A stretch of 64,000 nt of DNA from Macrostomum lignano. Lineage: Eukaryota. A program made the position numbers and the translations under genes. The stretch lies in contig NIVC01000227.1 of assembly GCA_002269645.1 (NCBI GenBank), forward strand, positions 124,001 through 188,000, read 5' to 3'. Of the stretch, positions 57,501 through 64,000 are shown in pieces; the first letter of the stretch is position 1, and every line of letters begins with the position of its first letter. The notes beneath the pieces are model-generated. The model was not told the DNA's origin and did no database searches. It worked only from the letters and a program-made list of their open reading frames with translations.

Positions 57501-59032
57501 CGGTGCTGGCGCCCCCGGTGCTGGCGCCCCCGGTGCTGGCGCCCCCGGTGCTGGCGCCCCCGGTGCTGGCGCCCCCGGTGCTGGCGCCCCCGGTGCTGGC
57601 GCCCCCGGTGCTGGCGCCCCCGGTGCTGGCGCCCCCGGTGCTGGCGCCCCCGGTGCTGGCGCCCCCGGTGCTGGCGCCCCCGGTGCTGGCGCCCCCGGTG
57701 CTGGCGCCCCCGGTGCTGGCGCCCCCGGTGCTGGCGCCCCCGGTGCTGGCGCCCCCGGTGCTGGCGCCCCCGGTGCTGGCGCCCCCGGTGCTGGCGCCCC
57801 CGGTGCTGGCGCCCCCGGTGCTGGCGCCCCCGGTGCTGGCGCCCCCGGTGCTGGCGCCCCGGTGCTGGCGCCCCCGGTGCTGGCGCCCCCGGTGCTGGCG
57901 CCCCCGGTGCTGGCGCCCCCGGTGCTGGCGCCCCCGGTGCTGGCGCCCCCGGTGCTGGCGCCCCCGGTGCTGGCGCCCCGGTGCTGGCGCCCCCGGTGCT
58001 GGCGCCCCCGGTGCTGGCGCCCCCGGTGCTGGCGCCCCCGGTGCTGGCGCCCCCGGTGCTGGCGCCCCCGGTGCTGGCGCCCCCGGTGCTGGCGCCCCCG
58101 GTGCTGGCGCCCCCGGTGCTGGCGCCCCCGGTGCTGGCGCCCCCGGTGCTGGCGCCCCCGGTGCTGGCGCCCCCGGTGCTGGCGCCCCTGCTAAAGACCC
58201 TGTTGCTAAAGCCCCTGGTAATCATAGAGCAAATTGCAAGCATTCACATACACTGAAAGTTATACAAGCAAGTAGTAAGAAACATTTTCTAAGAAAAAAT
58301 ATCTGCGATATTATCAGACAGGTGTGTAGGCGGGGTTACGGTGGTGCAGCAATAGCCGTGAATTCAGGCAGTTATGGTCCTAGAAAATCCTTCATTAATG
58401 AGTCTTACTGGGCCTAAAAAAGTCAGAGGACCTTCAGCAGCTCAAACAGGAGATTCCTATTGTGTTGCTCCAGAAAATGACTGGCTAATTTCTCCCGTGA
58501 TGAAAGCTGACAGAGTGACTGACTTTCCTGACGAGCTGCTCTGACAGCCCAGCTAATTAGCAGTTGCTAATCTCCTCTGAGTACTGTGGGAGTCCTAAGC
58601 CGAAACTTCCACACTGGATTCCCTCGTTGCAACCATGCCTTATAGAACAAGGTCAGTTCAGCCGCTTTTTGGTTGAGTCTTGGCAGGTGAAATTTGACAC
58701 TGACGGTTAGATGCTCAGGTCACAGATTGCACTGATGCTACTTGCTTTAAATTTTATGCCGTTTGGCTTTGGCAAAACAAAATAGATTCCGATTTTTATT
58801 GAGCCAAAACTGCCAACTTAATCCAGACAAAAAGGGACCGACACGGAAAAGCACACAGAAAACACTCAACAGCACACACAACAACACACAATAACACCAA
58901 CAGCAACACACAACAGCACACACAACAACACACACAGCAACACACATAAAAGTTGATTGGAATCGATTGACTCTCACCTTTCACACTGTCCATCTGCTTG
59001 CCAACCAGCTGTTTCGCAATGAAGCTGGCCAT
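54523..59032 (-). CDS. CPLX: Complexin, 3 exons, 150 aa, with CAAX box
   Basis: Exons 59032-58978 (MASFIAKQLVGKQMDSVK), 55888-55725 (EEKRKRDEKHRKMEAEREEMRQGIRDK), 54756-54523 (YNIQKKE..KEKCVIQ*). Phases are consistent. Confidence 0.95.
54918..55325. repeat. ~34-bp minisatellite in complexin intron 2
   Basis: Unit TCAATAGAGCGCTCTTAACTACCGTTATGGTCTT. Confidence 0.93.
55977..56330. repeat. 19-bp G-rich minisatellite in complexin intron 1
   Basis: Unit GTGGGGTGGGTGTGCAGGA. Confidence 0.93.
57134..58188. repeat. 15-bp GC-rich minisatellite, ~70 copies, in complexin intron 1
   Basis: Unit GCTGGCGCCCCCGGT with occasional 14-bp variants. Confidence 0.97.
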
Positions 59033-61959
59033 AATTAGTGTGGAAAACCTGCCTGATTAGAAAATCAAAGTCTTGAATAAGCTTGGAGACCAGTTGAGAA
59101 CAATTTGAGAACAATGACTGAGCACACCGACGGGAAATAGCGCAGGCGCAGAGGGCTTGTGAGGGGAAGGCTATCACCTCATGCTTTCTTTCAGCATCCA
59201 TTGAAAGTCTATATATAAAACTGAGGGAGGTTGGGGTTGCCACCAAAGGCCGCGGGTGGCATGGCTGGTCCTGGGCCGCTCCCCTCTCTGCCCCAATGTG
59301 CTGGATGCTCCCCAGGTCCTCTCAGCCTATTTCTCCTTGACACCCCCTGGGGGGCAGCTGCAGGACTCACCCTTTGGCTCTCTTGTATAGGACAGCAGGG
59401 GGACTGGGGCTGGTTTTGTGCGCGTGAGGATTTAAGACTTGCTGCTGTGACTGCAGCATGGACTACTAATATTAAGTGAGCTGGAGTGGAAACGCGATCA
59501 AGGCTTAACTAGTATCTCTGTTTGTTTCATCGAGTACTTGTCCAGGCTAGAGATCTATACGAGCTAACGAAGCAAACCTATGAGCTATGTGCATAATAGA
59601 CTTTTCCTCGCCTAGCAACTGTTTTATTGCGAAGTGATGGTGAAGACATTTTTGCTCCAAAAAATATTGGTAGAATTATTGAGCAAAAACTGGTTATTGT
59701 ATAGGCTTTGTATTGCTAACAGGATATGCAGCATCAGTTTCCCTACTAGATTCTGTAGCTAAGGGAACTCCCCGGCCGCCAAGGGCTCAGCTAACTGAGG
59801 TGGGAAGTGTGGGGGGGGGGAGGTTGCACGGTTCCTGGGGAATCGTGGTGGGATGCGATGCCGGCTACGATGGGGGTAGCGGGTAGGGGTACGATAGGGG
59901 AGCATGCGTGTCCCCGGGACTGGGGGTTGCTGGGCGGTGTTCCGCAGCGGTGACCAGCTGCAGCCACGCAGCCGGGAAAAGGGGGAGAAAAGAGGAGAAA
60001 TAAAGAAATGCGCGTGGGGTTGCAGCCTGCATGGGCTGAGGGCGATGCTTTCTGGCTGAGAACCGCTTGGGGGGGGGAGGTGGACTCAGGATTTTCTCTA
60101 GCAAGCAAGAAGCGAGTGAGGATTGGGGGGGGGGTAGAGGGTGAGGGGGTGTGGTGGTCTGCGGAAGCGAGCAGAGGACCGTGCAGGGAGCTGCAGCAGA
60201 GTTCGGTCCAGAATGAGAGATCGCCCCCCCCCAACCCGGGTGTATCTCGGGCACCGATCTGGACTATTACTCACCGATCAAGATATTAGTTCTTTTATAG
60301 CTGCAGCTGAATAGTTCGCTGGGCAATGGCCGGTCTATCTGCCGCTATACTGCCTGAAGTGGTTTTGGCAGTTTGGTGAATTGGTACAGAAAAAGAGTTG
60401 GCAAAAGTAGTTGGAATTGTATGGTGCTTGGGTGAAGTGGATCATCGCTGGTGGTTTGTGGGAACTGCATTTGCTGCCAGCACTGGTTGACAGCCTCCCA
60501 AATGCTTAATTAAAAAGCTCCCAGCAACTGTACGGCCAAATGTATTATAGCTAGCTGTAAGTACAAAATAGTGCTCAGGTCGCGAGTTTTTTATAGTATA
60601 TAGATGAGGCTGAGAGGCTGGAGGGAAAGTTTGTTTAGTGCTGCTGGGGCCAGTGTGCCGTGAGTAGATGGACTTGGCGTGGAGTGGGCCGAGCAAACAC
60701 AGCTGCGGGCAATATCCGTCTCGTCAATGATCCCATTGGAAATCCGTCCTCTTTTCCGCAACATTAGTATAATGCATAATGCATAGTGATAATAATAATA
60801 ATATTGCTGTATGCCAACTGCTTCGTGCGCCTCTGGCAAACTGGAGGCAAGAGAGAGGAGATCGGGCAGACCACAGCAAAATGTGATCTGGCCTTATAAG
60901 AAAGTCTTCTGGCGGACTCTGCATGGAGGCGGAAAGAAGGCCTTGAAGAGAGAGTGAGTGAGTGAGAGAAGGACTGCAGATTGGCGTTGGACTTTTGACG
61001 AGGCGAAAACCAAGAAATCAATATGCTTCTTCTTCTTCTTCTGGCGAGCAGCTCTCCCCCAGGGGGAGGGAGGCTCGAGCATCTTGTTGATTATAAATGG
61101 CAGCAATTTCTGAGTAAAGTGAGTTTAGCAAAGTTTTTACTTATTCCAGCATTAACTTTGCATAAGGGTTAGATTAGTTAGGAAATGATTTGGGAGAGCG
61201 AACTAGTTGGAGTCGGAGCGGCGGGCTCTTCAAGTGTAGGGGAAGTACTTCTGCCTGCCTCTGCTGGCTTGTCAGACATTGAGTAAGGAACAATGTATTG
61301 TAAAGAGAGAGAATCTCCCCGTCTGTAGTTTTCTAGGAAACTGTCGGAGCAACCCCCAACCCGTCATCCTCTCCTACAGGGAGTTTGCAGTTTGGAGGCT
61401 GACAGGCCAATTCATTATTTGCGCGAGAATAATAGAACGCGCGCGTCTCTTCTTCTTCTTCTTCGCTTCTTCTTGTGCTCTCGTCTGTCAGTTTCACACG
61501 GGCCAGCTGCTGCCGGTGCAGATGGCAGATGGGCGCCGTGGGGACTGTCGTGCTGTAGAACCCACGCAGGAATGCTTAGAGATGCGTTGGGAAGAGCACG
61601 TTGGGGAGAATTTGCGAGGAGAGAGCCATCGGGATGGAGAAGACTGGAGACAGAAGAAAGAAGAGAGGAAGGGTGCAATTCAGGTTTTAGAAGAAGCACC
61701 TGTTAGGGCCGAATTCTACGATTTGAAAGCGTCTGTAATTGTCCAGAATTTTTTATTCACAGAGAAGATAAGATGTAAAGATCTCCGTCACTGAATGTGC
61801 ATTCTACTACTCAATAAGTAGGCACCCAGAGTTTCAGTTTTCTTTGTATATTTTTACTCTTACTCGGGGCATTGCGAGTCCGGTTTCCATAATTCAATTT
61901 CACATCGCTTTCTACCGATCAGGACCGAATTTCTTTTACAATCGAGTTTTATTTCGCAA

Positions 61960-62245
61960 CAACACCACAATAACAACAACAGAATACGCAGGGTTAGCGT
62001 CCCAGGGCGCGCTTCAAGGCCAGGTCGCGGATGAACGCCCACGCCGCCGGCCGAATCTGGGGCGCCGGCGTCAGCCACCAGGCAGTCGACGAAACGCCGA
62101 GTGCGCGTCTGCCCTCGCCGGTAGGGTGCCTGCAGCGTTAGCAGCAGCACCTCCTGCACGGGCTCGGCGCGGATGATGTGGCCTGCCAGCTGGAGTCACC
62201 GACGGCGCAACAGGTCGCTTGGACGGACCAGGCCGGCGTGGCGAT
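61960..62245 (-). mobile_element. 5'-truncated RTE-like LINE 3' end
   Basis: LLRRR*LQLAGHIIRAE..RRG..RTRRFVD, followed by a (TTG)-type tail. Confidence 0.7.
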
Positions 62246-63038
62246 ACTGCATGGAAATCACTGAAAAATAAAAAATGACTCAATTTCTGAACTAATTTAC
62301 AGTCCTCAAAATGTACAGAATGGGCTGTAGCTTTCGAGTGCTCAAATTGCGATTCTGAGGGTGAAATAGAGCGCAGCTCACTTACACAACGCACTGCAAC
62401 GACCTTTGCGGACTGTTACGGACTTGCAGTCACGGACTGAGCACTGAAATCGTTACATCTCATGAAAGTCACCGATTTTCGCTTGGACGGACTCGGAAGT
62501 TGGCGGTTCTATTGTCCATCGATATTGAAGATCAACTTGCAAGTGCGTGGGAGCAGCAGGTCTCCGTGTCATAAAGCCGGATAAGCTGCATTACCGCCTG
62601 CAACAACACCCGCCCTTTTGGCGTTCAGAGAGGGCCTCGAATTCCTCTAAAAACAACATCTAACACTCGACTCAAAACTCCAAACGCAGTCTCATTCCAT
62701 ACGGTAGCAGCTCACAGGGATAAGAGAAACTTTTCTGCGCCATAGCCGAATCGTGTCGATAAGAGTAGCGGGCTCCGAGCTGTTATCGAATTTCTTGACT
62801 TCATCACCAATATAAGGTAAAGCTTCGAAGCGTGACTGGAAACTTCATAAAACTGCCCGGCAAGAGAGTGTCGCTAGCGGCAGCAGGATATGAATTATTT
62901 CGATCAACAACCTGCGATAAGCAGCAGTCCCAACAAAGACAGACGGGCTTGTCACCTGGAACCAGCCGCTCGCGCCCATAAAAAGAGCTTCGGCTGAGTA
63001 GCCAGTCGAGCAATTCTTACTCAGAGATTCTTGCGAGC

Positions 63039-63856
63039 ATGTCCTTCCCGGATTTCAGCGGCCTGATTCACCTCGGCGGCGGCAGCAGCCATCGCTCCGG
63101 GCTGAGAAGCATGCGGCTGTCACGCGACCCGGAGTCGCCCGTACGCGTCTGCGTCAGCCTGCTGGGCGCCAGCGGGGTCGGCAAGTCCGCCTTCGCCGTG
63201 CGCCTGATGACGCAACGGTTTATCGGCGAGTACAGCGACAAGCTGGGTGCGCTCAGGTTGTCAAATGGCTCAATCTGCAAACTTTTAGGCACTTACATCC
63301 GCATTTAAACACTTGCTAACATTTCAGAGGGTGTCTACACCAGACAGGAAAGCGTTGGCGGCTACTACTTCGAAATGAATCTCAAGGACACGATAGACAA
63401 GGTAAAATAAAATCAGAACTGTTTTGAGTTCTTCGAACTGAGGTGCTTTTACGAGCCCCACATTTCGCATTGCCTGCATTGGTTTATGCAGGCACTCTCT
63501 GAACCAACAAAGTTCAACCCGAATAAAAAAGATTAGGAGGAAACTTGGGGCGCTTGCAACATCGGCCTGCAACCAGCGCTGAAAGTATTTTGCTCTCATG
63601 CACACGCTCACAAACCAACTTACGAGAGAAAAAACAAAATATTTAATGCACCAAAGTTGTAAAAACTATTTCAGGAACACCTCAATCTGGCCAGCATTTG
63701 TCAGTGGAGCCACGTCGCCATGGTGATGTACGCCATAGACGATCGGAGCACCTACCAACGGGCACTGGGCATTCTGGAGCAGCTCAGCCGTCACGACCAG
63801 GCCAGGGAGGTCACTCTGGCGTTGGTTGGCAACAAGGCTGATCTGGATGACAAACG
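63039..63856 (+). CDS. RERG: RERG/RASL-like small GTPase, 3'-partial
   Basis: Exons 63039-63246 (GASGVGKSAFAVRLMTQRFIGEY), 63328-63401 (EGVY..KDTIDK), 63675-~63856 (YAIDDRSTY..LVGNKADL). Phases are consistent; exact paralog uncertain. Confidence 0.8.
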
Positions 63857-64000
63857 GTTCGCAGTTTACAGCTCGCTCGATAGACACAATTGGCAGACAA
63901 TGCCATGGTTTTTGTCACAAAAAACGCACAATGATGACGCACAAATATGACACAATAAATGAGTTTAGCAGACACAGTCAGGATAGGAGCTCACAGAGAA

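Noticed and set aside
59760-60290. GC-rich segment with G/C runs as a retroelement terminus or HDV-like ribozyme
   Set aside because: I could not build the HDV double pseudoknot or find a partner repeat in the window.

Overview
Eukaryotic, repeat-rich genomic DNA. The spliceosomal introns packed with minisatellites, PLE/DIRS/mariner content and GC-rich codons resemble a free-living flatworm such as Macrostomum; the organism is an inference. Bases 1-14 kb are a transposon cluster: a Penelope-like element ending in a hammerhead ribozyme, a long-TIR IS630/Tc1-like relic, and two head-to-head DIRS/Ngaro elements, one interrupted by a LINE with a 10-bp TSD. From 15-59 kb there are five co-oriented minus-strand genes whose multi-exon models I phased by hand: a secreted 2xVWA/Cys-rich protein, C1GALT1, METTL25B/RRNAD1, single-exon ARL6IP1, and complexin. 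A RERG-like GTPase starts at 63 kb on the plus strand. The most unusual pattern is minisatellites whose unit is a copy of a functional gene signal: 3' splice sites in two genes and a possible stop codon in a third locus.
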